Shown: positions 18,288 through 27,836 of the stretch, in pieces | How positions within the stretch are numbered: the stretch's first letter is position 1 | Layout of the letters: the number at the start of each line of letters is the position of its first letter | DNA from: an uncultured Candidatus Saccharibacteria bacterium | Lineage (GTDB): Bacteria; Patescibacteriota; Minisyncoccia; UBA6257; 2-01-FULL-56-20 | Assembly (NCBI GenBank): GCA_964403045.1 | Contig: CAYOEP010000001.1 | Coordinates: 9,009-73,008 of the forward strand | Direction of reading: 5' to 3' | DNA length: 64,000 nt | The notes under the pieces: generated by a model | What the model was told of the DNA's origin: nothing | The model's input: the letters and a program-made list of their open reading frames with translations, nothing else | Database searches by the model: none | Program-made: the position numbers and the translations under genes

Positions 18288-20303
18288 ATGGCAGCAGTGT
18301 TCTCAAATATATGGTTTCCGGTGGCGAGCGGGGCGTTCGCGGTAGCTGCGGCAATAGCACTCGCTTCCCGCGTGCTTTCCTACAAGAAGGGAAGCGCAAA
18401 AATGGAGGAAATTGCCCGGGCGATCCAAGAGGGCGCGCGGGCGTATCTGCGGCGGCAGTACCTCACCATTGGGGTAGTTGCAGTGATAATTGCGATAGTC
18501 ATTGGTATTTTTCTGGGCGTGGTGACGATGGCAGGATTTCTCGTGGGGGCAGTTGCATCAGGCCTTGCTGGATATATTGGCATGAGTGTATCGGTGAGGG
18601 CGAATGTGAAAACGGCAGAGGCAGCGCGCAAAGGACTCCCCACCGCGCTCCGGATAGCGTTTTTCGGTGGCTCAGTGACGGGGTTGCTGGTTGCAGGACT
18701 TGCACTCCTCTCAGTAGCGGTGTTCTATCTGCTGACGCATGATGTGCATGCGCTGGTGGGGCTGGGATTTGGCGGAAGTTTAATTTCGGTGTTCGCGCGG
18801 CTCGGCGGCGGCATTTTCACAAAGGGCGCGGACGTAGGTGCTGATTTAGTAGGAAAAGTGGAAGCGGGAATTCCTGAAGACGATCCCCGCAACCCCGCAG
18901 TGATTGCGGACAATGTAGGCGATAATGTCGGCGATTGCGCGGGGATGGCAGCGGATCTATTCGAGACCTATGCAGTCACTTCGGTGGCGGCAATGATACT
19001 GGGCAATTTGCTTTTCCCTGAAATGACACAAGCGGTTCTGTTGCCGCTGATGGTGGGCGGCATTGCGGTTATTGCTTCAGTGCTGGGGCTTTTCTTTGTG
19101 CGTCTTGGCACCCGGCAGTCCATTATGGGTGCGCTCTACAAGGGGCTTGCCGCCGCGGGCGTACTCTCGTTGATTGGCTTTTGGTTCTTGGCGCAGAGCT
19201 ATGAGGGAAACGGCGCAGCGTTTATGTTCCATAAACTTTTCTACTCGCTTCTAGTAGGCGTACTGGTTACCGCGGGTATTGTGCTCGTGACAGAATACTA
19301 TACTTCAAAGTCGTTTCGCCCCGTACGCGCTATTGCGCGTTCCTCTGTAAGTGGGCATGCGACGAACATTATCACTGGTCTTTCTGTGGGAATGGAGGCT
19401 ACAGCATTGCCAGTGGTAATCATCGTTGCGGGAATTTTGGTTGCATTCGCAATCGCAGGATTATATGGAATTGCACTTGCAGTGATGAGCATGCTGTCGC
19501 TCACAGGAATGATAGTTGCTGTTGATGCATTTGGCCCTATTACTGATAACGCGGGCGGCATTGCGGAAATGGCAGAGCTTCCGAAAGAAGTACGGCAAGT
19601 TACTGACGCACTGGATGCAGTTGGCAACACCACGAAGGCAATTACAAAAGGGTACGCGATTGGGTCCGCAGGACTTGCTGCGGTGGTACTCTTCGCGTCG
19701 TACGTGCAGGAGCTGCAGGGAACGCTTTCCACAGGGGGCACGAATGTGGCATTTCCACTAGGAGACCCCAAAATTATCGCCGGCTTGTTCCTCGGCGGGC
19801 TTATTCCCTATCTCTTCGCGGGACTTTCCATGCGCGCGGTGGGGAAGGTTGCAGAAAGCGTAGTAGCGGAGGTGCGCCGCCAGTTCCGCGAGACGCCGGG
19901 ACTAATGGAGGGAAAAACAAAACCGAACTATTCCCGTGCGGTGGACTTAGTTACCGGGGCGGCAATTCGTGAAATGATTATCCCCGCGCTGCTGCCGGTG
20001 GTGATTCCCGTGGTTGTAGGACTAACGCTCGGCGCGGCAGTGTTAGGGGGGTTGCTGGTTGGATCTATTGTCACAGGAATCTTCGTTGCAATTTCAATGA
20101 CCACCGGCGGCGCTGCTTGGGATAACGCCAAGAAATATATTGAGGAAGGACAGCACGGCGGCAAAGGCTCGGAGGCGCACAAGGCGGCGGTAACCGGCGA
20201 CACAGTAGGTGACCCCTACAAGGACACGGCTGGCCCTGCGATCAATCCATTGATTAAGGTAATCAATATTGTTGCGCTTTTGCTTATTCCTTTCTTGTTG
20301 TAG
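18288..20303 (+). CDS. hppA: Membrane-bound proton-translocating pyrophosphatase (K+-independent signature)
   Basis: '[30 protein letters not shown]', 'DNVGDNVGD', 'GNTTKA', '[14 protein letters not shown]'. Confidence 0.95.
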   Translation: MAAVFSNIWFPVASGAFAVAAAIALASRVLSYKKGSAKMEEIARAIQEGARAYLRRQYLTIGVVAVIIAIVIGIFLGVVTMAGFLVGAVASGLAGYIGMSVSVRANVKTAEAARKGLPTALRIAFFGGSVTGLLVAGLALLSVAVFYLLTHDVHALVGLGFGGSLISVFARLGGGIFTKGADVGADLVGKVEAGIPEDDPRNPAVIADNVGDNVGDCAGMAADLFETYAVTSVAAMILGNLLFPEMTQAVLLPLMVGGIAVIASVLGLFFVRLGTRQSIMGALYKGLAAAGVLSLIGFWFLAQSYEGNGAAFMFHKLFYSLLVGVLVTAGIVLVTEYYTSKSFRPVRAIARSSVSGHATNIITGLSVGMEATALPVVIIVAGILVAFAIAGLYGIALAVMSMLSLTGMIVAVDAFGPITDNAGGIAEMAELPKEVRQVTDALDAVGNTTKAITKGYAIGSAGLAAVVLFASYVQELQGTLSTGGTNVAFPLGDPKIIAGLFLGGLIPYLFAGLSMRAVGKVAESVVAEVRRQFRETPGLMEGKTKPNYSRAVDLVTGAAIREMIIPALLPVVIPVVVGLTLGAAVLGGLLVGSIVTGIFVAISMTTGGAAWDNAKKYIEEGQHGGKGSEAHKAAVTGDTVGDPYKDTAGPAINPLIKVINIVALLLIPFLL

Positions 20304-21084
20304 TGTAGGGTGATAATTTATCTTCCTCACCTTTCTTCTTTCCGTACGCGTAGTCCGCGGCCATCCAGCTTAACTCAAAGATTGCACGCTGGGTATCGGC
20401 GACTGCTTGGTCTTCAATAATGACTGCGATGTAGGGCTCCCGGAATGTCACGTAGAATACTTTATTGTCGTAGATATTCATCTCAAGTGAGAATTTGAAT
20501 GTTTCGTGGGGGACGAATTTTATTCTGGTAACTGCCATATCATAGCTAGCTATATATGCTTTCGCTACCGGGGTGTCTGGGACGATTGCTCTTTCCCAGA
20601 TCTTTCGCCTTCTTCGTTCAGCAGCATACCAGATAGCGTACTTTTTAATTGTTCTCAAAAGGCCATCGTTGTCCGAATAAGCCAAAATTTCTGTTTTAGC
20701 AGTAAGTGAATCGTTAAAGACTTCTTTAATTCCTTCTATGCCTTGGAAAAAACGGATCCCCGGCTTGCCCACCCCGAGATTATAGAGGGAGTAGAGGAGC
20801 GGCAGGCCGCTTTTTGCGAGCTCTACACTCCGCTCGAGATGCTTTAGCATTTGCTCTGCCTTCTCTGGCGGCGAGGGGACGTAGGTGAGCTTTTTCTCTT
20901 CCGGGAGATGGTAAATGAGTTGTTTTTTCTCGAGCTTCTTCAGGACATTGTAGAGATCCCCGCGTTTGAGGTTGACCTTTTGGAGTAGTTGTGCAGGAGT
21001 GGATTTCCCGCCCTGGAGGAGCGTCTCATATACCTTAATTTCTTTCGGGGAAAGCCCTATGGTTTTCAGGACATTTTCAAGCAT
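20284..21084 (-). CDS. TrmB-family HTH transcriptional regulator
   Basis: 'L..IGLS.KE.KVY..LL..G', wHTH, '[12 protein letters not shown]', 'E.NIYDNKV', 'IIED..A'; start ATG 21084. Confidence 0.85.
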   Translation of the reverse strand: MLENVLKTIGLSPKEIKVYETLLQGGKSTPAQLLQKVNLKRGDLYNVLKKLEKKQLIYHLPEEKKLTYVPSPPEKAEQMLKHLERSVELAKSGLPLLYSLYNLGVGKPGIRFFQGIEGIKEVFNDSLTAKTEILAYSDNDGLLRTIKKYAIWYAAERRRRKIWERAIVPDTPVAKAYIASYDMAVTRIKFVPHETFKFSLEMNIYDNKVFYVTFREPYIAVIIEDQAVADTQRAIFELSWMAADYAYGKKKGEEDKLSPYTTTRKE

Positions 21085-21120
21085 AGGTACAAGAAAAGTA
21101 TATACATACCAAGATATATT

Positions 21121-21202
21121 TGTCAAGTATTAGTGACAATTTGTGAGAGAATTTTGATAAAACCCTCAGAATAAGGGAAAAATTGTCATAGTACTGTGAC
21201 AA
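21121..21202. promoter_or_regulatory. Two TGTCA-N8-TGACA operator-like palindromes
   Basis: TGTCAAGTATTAGTGACA (21121-21138) and TTGTCATAGTACTGTGACAA (21183-21202), between the regulator and the divergent promoter. Confidence 0.65.
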
Positions 21203-21220
21203 GATTTTTGTTACAAATAC

Positions 21221-21249
21221 TTGACAAAAATATTGGCCAGGTATATAAT
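21221..21249 (+). promoter_or_regulatory. Consensus sigma70 promoter
   Basis: TTGACA-17 nt-TATAAT, perfect consensus. Confidence 0.8.
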
Positions 21250-21286
21250 TGTGGCGGAACCATTGAAAACTAAAAGGAGGGTGAAA

Positions 21287-21787
21287 ATGAACTGGGATGT
21301 GTACAAGAAAGTCTCCGCCATCAGTTACGCTATCGAAGGGCTGGCTAGCAGGCGGCTTCCCAAAAACTGGAAGATCGACCTGGATCCATTTGTGCCAATC
21401 TCGATCCGAGAAAAGAGGACATCATGGGAGGAACGCGAGAAGGCGATCATCGAAGCACTACGTGAGATCGGGCACGAGATCGTCAGGCAGCAGATCAATT
21501 GGAAAGGGTGGGATTACTGGTTCGTGAACTACGAAACCAACGTCCACCGGTGGTGCCTGGGGTGCGTACAGTCGGTTTTGGGCGACCGCAAGTACATCGA
21601 GTACGTCGAGGAGCTTAAGAAAATCTTGAAAGATCACGGAGTGAGCGAGGCGTGGGAATACTTCACCGCGCAGTTTAAGGGCTGCGGCTTGCACATCGAC
21701 AGGCTCCTCTTTGCCGTCACTTACTGCTTGTTGGCAAAGGAGTTCGAGAAAAAGAACTTGAAAGCCACCGATTCCGAGGAGGCATGA
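21287..21787 (+). CDS. Hypothetical protein
   Basis: AGGAGG SD before ATG 21287; 166 aa. Confidence 0.75.
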   Translation: MNWDVYKKVSAISYAIEGLASRRLPKNWKIDLDPFVPISIREKRTSWEEREKAIIEALREIGHEIVRQQINWKGWDYWFVNYETNVHRWCLGCVQSVLGDRKYIEYVEELKKILKDHGVSEAWEYFTAQFKGCGLHIDRLLFAVTYCLLAKEFEKKNLKATDSEEA

Positions 21788-21995
21788 GCGGGGATCCTTG
21801 GCGAAATTCCGGGGTAGTAGCTGGATATAAGCCAGGGCGACACCCGCAAGAGTTTTGGGAGTTCTCGATAAAAAACTCCCACGTCTTTTTCTGAAACGGA
21901 TATGCAATCAGTTTCAGAAAAAGCCGTTATGGTTAACGGCAAAAGTTCTTTGGTAGCTCTCGGAAGCCCCGAGACAGAAAGCGGAGGGTAGACAA

Positions 21996-22226
21996 GTGAA
22001 AAAGCAAAAAGTGATCATCATAAAATCCATGAACCTGACCCCCGAGCATGAGCTCGAGAAGCGCCTGGAGGAGTTGGGGCCCGGGTGGAATGTCGTTTCA
22101 GCTTCCACCTCTCTCACTACCCACGGCACCATGGATTATCATAACAAGAGAGAGGGAGTTATACTCGACGGGATCGCGCGACACATATACTTCGTGACCA
22201 CCGTGATCGTGGAGAAGGTTGAATAA
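21996..22226 (+). CDS. Small hypothetical protein (DUF4177-like 'L.ELG..GW.VVS' pattern)
   Basis: GGAGG SD before GTG; 76 aa. Confidence 0.65.
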   Translation: MKKQKVIIIKSMNLTPEHELEKRLEELGPGWNVVSASTSLTTHGTMDYHNKREGVILDGIARHIYFVTTVIVEKVE

Positions 22227-22258
22227 TTCTCGGATGGCTCTCGAGACAGAGAAAGGAA

Positions 22259-22513
22259 GTGGCGATGCCTACAGGGCGAGTGTTCAAGAGTGCAGTTCCC
22301 GGAGGAGGGTTTGGCTACATGGGATACGTCCGTTACTGCGTGGACGGGATTGTCCACGTGTATGAGGCCCGTGATCCACTGGGAGTCCTCATGAAGCGGA
22401 AGGTGACTCGTTGTGATGGGAGGAGTTGCGAGGACGCGTTAGTGGAAGCCGAGGTAGGATACGAGTCACTCGGGGACCTCCTTGAGCTTCTCGAGGAGGG
22501 AAGCTCGGAGTAA
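22259..22513 (+). CDS. Small hypothetical protein
   Basis: AAAGGA SD; 84 aa; followed by a terminator. Confidence 0.55.
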   Translation: MAMPTGRVFKSAVPGGGFGYMGYVRYCVDGIVHVYEARDPLGVLMKRKVTRCDGRSCEDALVEAEVGYESLGDLLELLEEGSSE

Positions 22514-22520
22514 GTAACGC

Positions 22521-22554
22521 GACTGCTGTGTGTGTTTGCACAGCAGTCTTTTTT
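22521..22554 (+). terminator. Intrinsic terminator
   Basis: GACTGCTGTG/CACAGCAGTC 10-bp stem plus T6. Confidence 0.8.
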
Positions 22555-22619
22555 ATTGCCATTTCATTTTTGGTGTGGTAGCATGTCTCTTTATGAAGAG
22601 AGAGAGAAGTACTACAGAA

Positions 22620-23204
22620 ATGTATCTCGTCCCCACAGTCATTGAGAAATCACAATTCGGCGAGCGGGCGTATGATATTTACTCCCGCCTCTTGAAGGAG
22701 CGCATCATCTTTTTGGGAGGGCCGATTAACGATGCGGTGGCGAATGCGGTGATTGCGCAGTTGCTGTTCTTGGAGCACGAGGATGCGAAGAAAGATATTT
22801 ACCTCTACCTGAATACTCCGGGCGGATCGGTCACGGCGGGGCTCGCGGTTTATGACACGATGCAGTATGTGAAGCCCGATGTGGCGACTATTTGCGTGGG
22901 CATTGCGGCATCGATGGGTGCGGTGCTTCTCGCGGCAGGGAAGAAGGGTAAAAGATTTGCGCTTCCCAACTCGGAGATTTTACTGCATCAGGTAATGGGC
23001 GGCGCCGAGGGGCAGGCGGTAGAAATTGAAATCACCGCGCGCCAGATTATTAAGATTAAGAACAAGATTAACAGCATCCTCGCGAAGCACACTGGCAAAC
23101 CGCTCAAGCGCATTGAGAAAGATACTGACCGCGACTTTTACCTTGACGCGGCAAGCGCGAAGGAGTACGGCATTATTGACAAGATTGTCCAGACCAAAAA
23201 GTAG
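22620..23204 (+). CDS. clpP: ATP-dependent Clp protease proteolytic subunit
   Basis: 'LVPTVIE....[19 protein letters not shown]', 'G.AASMGA', 'HQ', 'DTDRD'. Confidence 0.96.
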   Translation: MYLVPTVIEKSQFGERAYDIYSRLLKERIIFLGGPINDAVANAVIAQLLFLEHEDAKKDIYLYLNTPGGSVTAGLAVYDTMQYVKPDVATICVGIAASMGAVLLAAGKKGKRFALPNSEILLHQVMGGAEGQAVEIEITARQIIKIKNKINSILAKHTGKPLKRIEKDTDRDFYLDAASAKEYGIIDKIVQTKK

Positions 23205-23289
23205 CCGCGCCGCCGGGGAAATTGGCAAGGATGGGAAGCGCCGTGTGGTACAATTGGCGTAGGGCCGCGTGCGGCGCGCAGAAATTCCA

Positions 23290-24465
23290 ATGACTCGCGA
23301 AGAAAAAATCCAACGCATTCTTGCGAGGAATGTGGTAGAGGTGACAGAGAAAGCCCACCTCGAGAAGCTGCTGCAGGGAACAAGAAAGCTGAGAGTGAAA
23401 TTCGGCGTGGACCCCACTTCGCCGGATTTACACCTTGGTCACGCAGTCGCCTTACGGAAACTCGCGGAGTTTCAAGAGCTGGGGCACAAGGTAATACTCC
23501 TTATCGGGGATTTTACCGCCCGCATTGGCGACCCCTCAGGGCGCGCCGAGACGAGAAAAATGCTTTCAGAGCGTGAGGTACGCATCAATATGCGGCACTA
23601 TCTGGCACAGGCGGCAAAGCTGATTGATGTCAAGAAGGCAGAGGTCGTCTACAACAGCAGCTGGTTTTTACGTGAGGGAACAGAAAAAATCTTGGAGCTC
23701 GCGGCGCTTGCAAGCGTACAGCAGATGCTCCATCGCGATGAATTCCGCAAGCGAATGCGCGAGGAGCGCGAGATAAGCCTGTTGGAAATTTTTTACCCCC
23801 TCTTCCAGGCGTACGATTCGGTGAAGGTGCGTGCGCAGGTAGAGATAGGGGGCACTGACCAGACGTTCAATCTGCTGATGGGAAGAAAGCTCCAGCGCCA
23901 CTTTGGCATGGAGCCGCAGGATATACTGACGCTGCCGCTTCTCGAGGGGCTCGACGGCAAGAGAAAAATGAGCAAGAGTTATGGGAACTTCATTGGCATT
24001 GACGAGAAGCCAGATGCAATGTTTGGGAAAGTGATGTCGATCCCTGATGAGTTGGTGCCGCGCTACTTCCTGCTGTGCACTGACTTGGGTGAGGAGGAAA
24101 TTCGCGAGTACACAAAATCATTGCATCCGAAAGAGCTGAAGGAGAAACTTGCGTTTGCAATAGTGAAAATTTACCACGGAGAAGAAGAGGCGCTTCGGGC
24201 AAAAGAACAATTTACACTTCTCTTTACCAAGAAGGAGATGCCGGCACAACTGCCTCCTCTCAAGGTACATAATAAGCACATTGCAGCTGAGGATGTGGTG
24301 CTGCTGAGCGGCGTGGTGTCAAGCAAGAGTGCAGCGCGGCGACTTATCACCCAAGGCGGCTTCCGGGTCAACGGAATCCAAAAGAGCAATCCCGCAGAAA
24401 TTCTTACACTCAAGAGGGGCGACGCATTAAAGATTGGCAAGCATCACTTCTTCCGCGTGCAGTAA
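23290..24465 (+). CDS. tyrS: Tyrosyl-tRNA synthetase
   Basis: 'G.DPTSPDLHLGH', 'GGTDQ.FN', KMSKS, C-terminal S4 domain. Confidence 0.95.
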   Translation: MTREEKIQRILARNVVEVTEKAHLEKLLQGTRKLRVKFGVDPTSPDLHLGHAVALRKLAEFQELGHKVILLIGDFTARIGDPSGRAETRKMLSEREVRINMRHYLAQAAKLIDVKKAEVVYNSSWFLREGTEKILELAALASVQQMLHRDEFRKRMREEREISLLEIFYPLFQAYDSVKVRAQVEIGGTDQTFNLLMGRKLQRHFGMEPQDILTLPLLEGLDGKRKMSKSYGNFIGIDEKPDAMFGKVMSIPDELVPRYFLLCTDLGEEEIREYTKSLHPKELKEKLAFAIVKIYHGEEEALRAKEQFTLLFTKKEMPAQLPPLKVHNKHIAAEDVVLLSGVVSSKSAARRLITQGGFRVNGIQKSNPAEILTLKRGDALKIGKHHFFRVQ

Positions 24466-24511
24466 GAGATCGTTCGCTTTCTCGCCACAAGAGGGGGTAT
24501 AATAAGGCAGT

Positions 24512-24826
24512 ATGGACGCAATTCTCAAAGCAAACATTTTCTTTTTTATTACCGCCGTTGCGGTCGTTGTGGTCGCGGTATTAATTGCTGCAGTGCTTGT
24601 GCTAGTGCTCCAAATCCTTTCCGATATCCGCCGCATTACCTCGCTTGCCCGTGAGGAGAGTGAGCGAATTTCCCGCACGCTTGAGTTTTTCCGCAGTGGG
24701 GCACAGGAGAAGGGAGAAAAAGTGTTTGCGCTTTTGGACAAGCTTGGCGTGAAGAGAAAAAAGGGAACGCACCGCCGATCTGTAGCGCAAGGTCGGAAAG
24801 CGAAACGAACAAAAAAAGAAGAATAA
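24512..24826 (+). CDS. Small single-TM protein (DUF948-like)
   Basis: N-terminal TM, then a coiled segment and basic tail; TATAAT 8 nt upstream of ATG. Confidence 0.7.
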   Translation: MDAILKANIFFFITAVAVVVVAVLIAAVLVLVLQILSDIRRITSLAREESERISRTLEFFRSGAQEKGEKVFALLDKLGVKRKKGTHRRSVAQGRKAKRTKKEE

Positions 24827-24833
24827 CAATACA

Positions 24834-25250
24834 ATGGCAGCGAAGCGAAAAAGAACGACCCGCAGGAAGAAGCCGCGCGGCGGGGGTGCGATTGAGCTTG
24901 GGCTCCTTGCCGCTGCCGCCGCGGGCGTTGCGTTGCTCTATAGCAGCAAGAAGGGCGCGACAGCCCGTAAGGCAATTCGCGGATGGATGGTGAAAGCGAA
25001 AGGGGAAGTGCTCTGCAAGCTGGAGCGACTTGCCCATGTCGACCATGCCTCCTACGAGCAGACGGTAGACAAAGTACTGGCAAAGTACCGCAAGCTCAAG
25101 GATGTGAGTGCTGAGGAAGTGCGCGCGCTCTCCCGGGAGCTCCGCGCCGCGTGGCGGCACATCGCGCGCGAGATTTCCCGCGCGGATACCGCAGGCAAAA
25201 GAAAAACCACCCACTCCCGCCGCGGCACCTCGCGGAGAAAGAAGGCATAA
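24834..25250 (+). CDS. Basic YtxH-like hypothetical protein
   Basis: 'AAAAGVALLY.SKKG...RK.I..W'; co-transcribed with the previous ORF. Confidence 0.65.
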   Translation: MAAKRKRTTRRKKPRGGGAIELGLLAAAAAGVALLYSSKKGATARKAIRGWMVKAKGEVLCKLERLAHVDHASYEQTVDKVLAKYRKLKDVSAEEVRALSRELRAAWRHIAREISRADTAGKRKTTHSRRGTSRRKKA

Positions 25251-25265
25251 ACAAAAATTGAATTT

Positions 25266-25339
25266 TGGAGCGGGAGACGGGAATCGAACCCGCGTCCTCA
25301 GCTTGGAAGGCTGATGCACTGCCACTGTGCTACTCCCGC
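25266..25339 (-). tRNA. tRNA-Gly(TCC)
   Basis: GCGGGAG acceptor stem, anticodon loop CTTCCAA, GGTTCGATT, encoded CCA. Confidence 0.95.
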
Positions 25340-25437
25340 GCCGCTGCTTACTCTATCGCAGGGCCTTCTGTTTTGCAAGCTGCCATAGTTGATTATTTCA
25401 GCAAAGTTGCTACAATAAGGCAACTACTGCAGCCGCT

Positions 25438-26043
25438 ATGGAGCATAGATCAAAATTCTACATCTCCCGCCGAACGAAACTGCTCATCGTGTTCTTTGGG
25501 GTAGTAGTGGTTTCCTACTCCCTCACCCGTATTATGAATGGATCGGCAAGCATCCCCACTGAGTTTCAGGAGGCTCGCGAACAGGGAGCGATTATCGCGC
25601 AGAATATCGTTTCGCTTTCTAACGACTCCTCAAAAATTTTAAAGAGAATTAGCGAGCTCGATAAGGAAAAGCGCTACATTGAGGCGGTGGCGGAGGCAAA
25701 GAAAATGTTGGAGAAAAGCGCGGCGGTGCGCAATGAGGCAGTGAAGCTTGCAGCGGAGCTTGAGAAAATGACCAAGGCGCTCGACAGTATCAAGGGAGGA
25801 AAGGCGAAAAATGCCGCGCTGGAATCGATTACCAATTGGGTGGCGCTGATGAATCGTCTTGTGGACTATAGCGCTTCACTCTCGCGGCTCTCTGAGGTAC
25901 TGCAGGCGCGCTTTGAGAACCGCCCGACCGATCAGCAGGTAGGCGTCTTGATCGAGCAAGTCAACGCGGAGATTCGTTCTATCAATAACTTCAACGAGCA
26001 GGCGCGGCAGGCAATCCGCCGTATGGACTTTCTGGTGCGATAG
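25438..26043 (+). CDS. Membrane-anchored coiled-coil hypothetical protein
   Basis: N-terminal TM, helical remainder. Confidence 0.75.
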   Translation: MEHRSKFYISRRTKLLIVFFGVVVVSYSLTRIMNGSASIPTEFQEAREQGAIIAQNIVSLSNDSSKILKRISELDKEKRYIEAVAEAKKMLEKSAAVRNEAVKLAAELEKMTKALDSIKGGKAKNAALESITNWVALMNRLVDYSASLSRLSEVLQARFENRPTDQQVGVLIEQVNAEIRSINNFNEQARQAIRRMDFLVR

Positions 26044-26061
26044 CGGTATGCTCGAAGAGAG

Positions 26062-26137
26062 GCGCCTGTAGCTCAACGGTGAGAGCAGCCGTCTTATAAG
26101 CGGCAGGTTCCTGGTTCGAATCCAGGCAGGCGCACCA
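26062..26137 (+). tRNA. tRNA-Ile(TAT)
   Basis: GCGCCTG/CAGGCGC acceptor stem, anticodon arm GCCGT-CTTATAA-GCGGC, GGTTCGAAT, A73 plus CCA. Confidence 0.9.
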
Positions 26138-26173
26138 GATTACAGGAAGGGATTTGGAAAGAAACCAACAAAA

Positions 26174-26794
26174 ATGCAGGAGTCAATCAATCCAATTCGC
26201 ATAAAAATTATCCTCGGGAGTACGCGGCAGGGGCGTTTCAGCGAGAAGCCGGGAAAGTGGATTTTGGAGGAGGCAAATGCCCTTGATAACGTTGCCGCGG
26301 AGTTGCTCGACTTGCGCGACTACCCAATGCCGTTTTTTGATAGCGCCACTTCGCCTGCGGGAGCGAAAGGAAACTATGCGCATGAAGCGGTGCGACGATG
26401 GGCGGAAAAAATCAACGAGGGCGACGCCTTCATCATCGTGGCGCAGGAATACAATCATGGGTACACGGCGGTCCTCAAAAATGCGCTGGATATGATTTAT
26501 CCGGAGTGGAACAGAAAACCCGTCGGCTTTGTTGCCTATGGCGGCGTGATGGGCGCCCGCGCGGTAGAACAACTCCGGCAGGTTGCTGTGGGACTTGGCA
26601 TGGCGCCGATACGGAACACTGTCCATATTCCCAACGATATCTTTTTCCCGGCTGTGGCGGGCAAGGCACCCTCAGATATAAAGGAGATGTTTCGGCCTAT
26701 GCGGGAAGGCCCCGCAGGAGATTCTGTGGCAAAGTTTTTTGACGAGTTGCTGTGGTGGGCGCGTGCCTTGAAGAAGGCGCGGGCGGAAAAATAG
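26174..26794 (+). CDS. NADPH-dependent FMN reductase
   Basis: 'ILGSTRQGR.S', 'EYNHGY..VLKNALD', 'W..KPV.FV.YG...GARAVEQLR'. Confidence 0.9.
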   Translation: MQESINPIRIKIILGSTRQGRFSEKPGKWILEEANALDNVAAELLDLRDYPMPFFDSATSPAGAKGNYAHEAVRRWAEKINEGDAFIIVAQEYNHGYTAVLKNALDMIYPEWNRKPVGFVAYGGVMGARAVEQLRQVAVGLGMAPIRNTVHIPNDIFFPAVAGKAPSDIKEMFRPMREGPAGDSVAKFFDELLWWARALKKARAEK

Positions 26795-26858
26795 CGCTGC
26801 GTTTTTGGAAGAGCCGCTTCCCGTCGCCTGCGCGGGAAGGAAGGATGCTTACAGCTGT

Positions 26859-27830
26859 ATGGATATTATTCAAGTTACAGAGCTTACTAAGAAATTTGGG
26901 GATGTGCTTGCCGTTGACCATATTTCCTTTACGGTGCGAAAGGGAGAAATTTTTGGTTTTCTCGGGCCAAACGGAGCAGGAAAATCTACCACTATCAATA
27001 TGCTCTCAACTCTTTTAAGGCCAACGGAAGGGAGTGCGACTATCAATGGCTTCGATGTGCTGACGCAACGCGATGAGGTGCGCAAATCTATTGGCCTCGT
27101 CTTTCAGGACCCTTCGCTTGATGATCGCCTTACTGCAGAAGAGAACCTCCGCTTCCATGCAAGGCTTTATGGCGTGCCAAAGACTGTGTACAGAAAGCGG
27201 ATGGAAGAAGTGCTACGGTTGGTTGATTTGTGGGATCGCAGGGAAGGCATTGTCAAGACATTTTCTGGGGGAATGAAGCGGCGCCTTGAGATTGCCCGAG
27301 GACTTATCCATTATCCACGCGTGTTGTTCTTAGACGAGCCTACGTTAGGCCTTGATCCTCAAACTCGCGTGCATCTTTGGGACTACATTTTGAAGCTGAA
27401 GCGCGAGCGGGGCATGACGATTTTTATGACTACCCATTATATGAACGAGGCAGAATATTGCGACAGGATAGCAATTATTGACCATGGGAAAATTGTGGCT
27501 TTGGATACCCCCGCAAACCTTAAAAAGCAAGTTGGGGGAGATGTGGTTCGTATAAAATCGCATGATAAGGCATTGAAAGAAAAGCTCCGCGCCCGCTACA
27601 AGAAAGAAGTACAGGAAGAGAATGGAATGATGCAGTTGGAGATTTCTGATGGAGAAAAGTTTTTGCCACAGCTCTTGGGCGAATTTGGCGCAAGGATTGA
27701 TGCGGTAGAGCTGCGGAAACCTACGCTCGACGATGTGTTTCTTGCGCTCACCGGGCGTACGATAAGGGAGGAAGAAGCGTCGGGAAAAGAGTATATGCGG
27801 CAGCAGCTGCGTATACGGGGGCGCAGGTAG
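26859..27830 (+). CDS. ABC exporter ATP-binding subunit (DrrA-like)
   Basis: GPNGAGKST, FSGGMKRR, LFLDEPT, TTHYM; start ATG 26859. Confidence 0.93.
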   Translation: MDIIQVTELTKKFGDVLAVDHISFTVRKGEIFGFLGPNGAGKSTTINMLSTLLRPTEGSATINGFDVLTQRDEVRKSIGLVFQDPSLDDRLTAEENLRFHARLYGVPKTVYRKRMEEVLRLVDLWDRREGIVKTFSGGMKRRLEIARGLIHYPRVLFLDEPTLGLDPQTRVHLWDYILKLKRERGMTIFMTTHYMNEAEYCDRIAIIDHGKIVALDTPANLKKQVGGDVVRIKSHDKALKEKLRARYKKEVQEENGMMQLEISDGEKFLPQLLGEFGARIDAVELRKPTLDDVFLALTGRTIREEEASGKEYMRQQLRIRGRR

Positions 27831-27836
27831 ACAACG

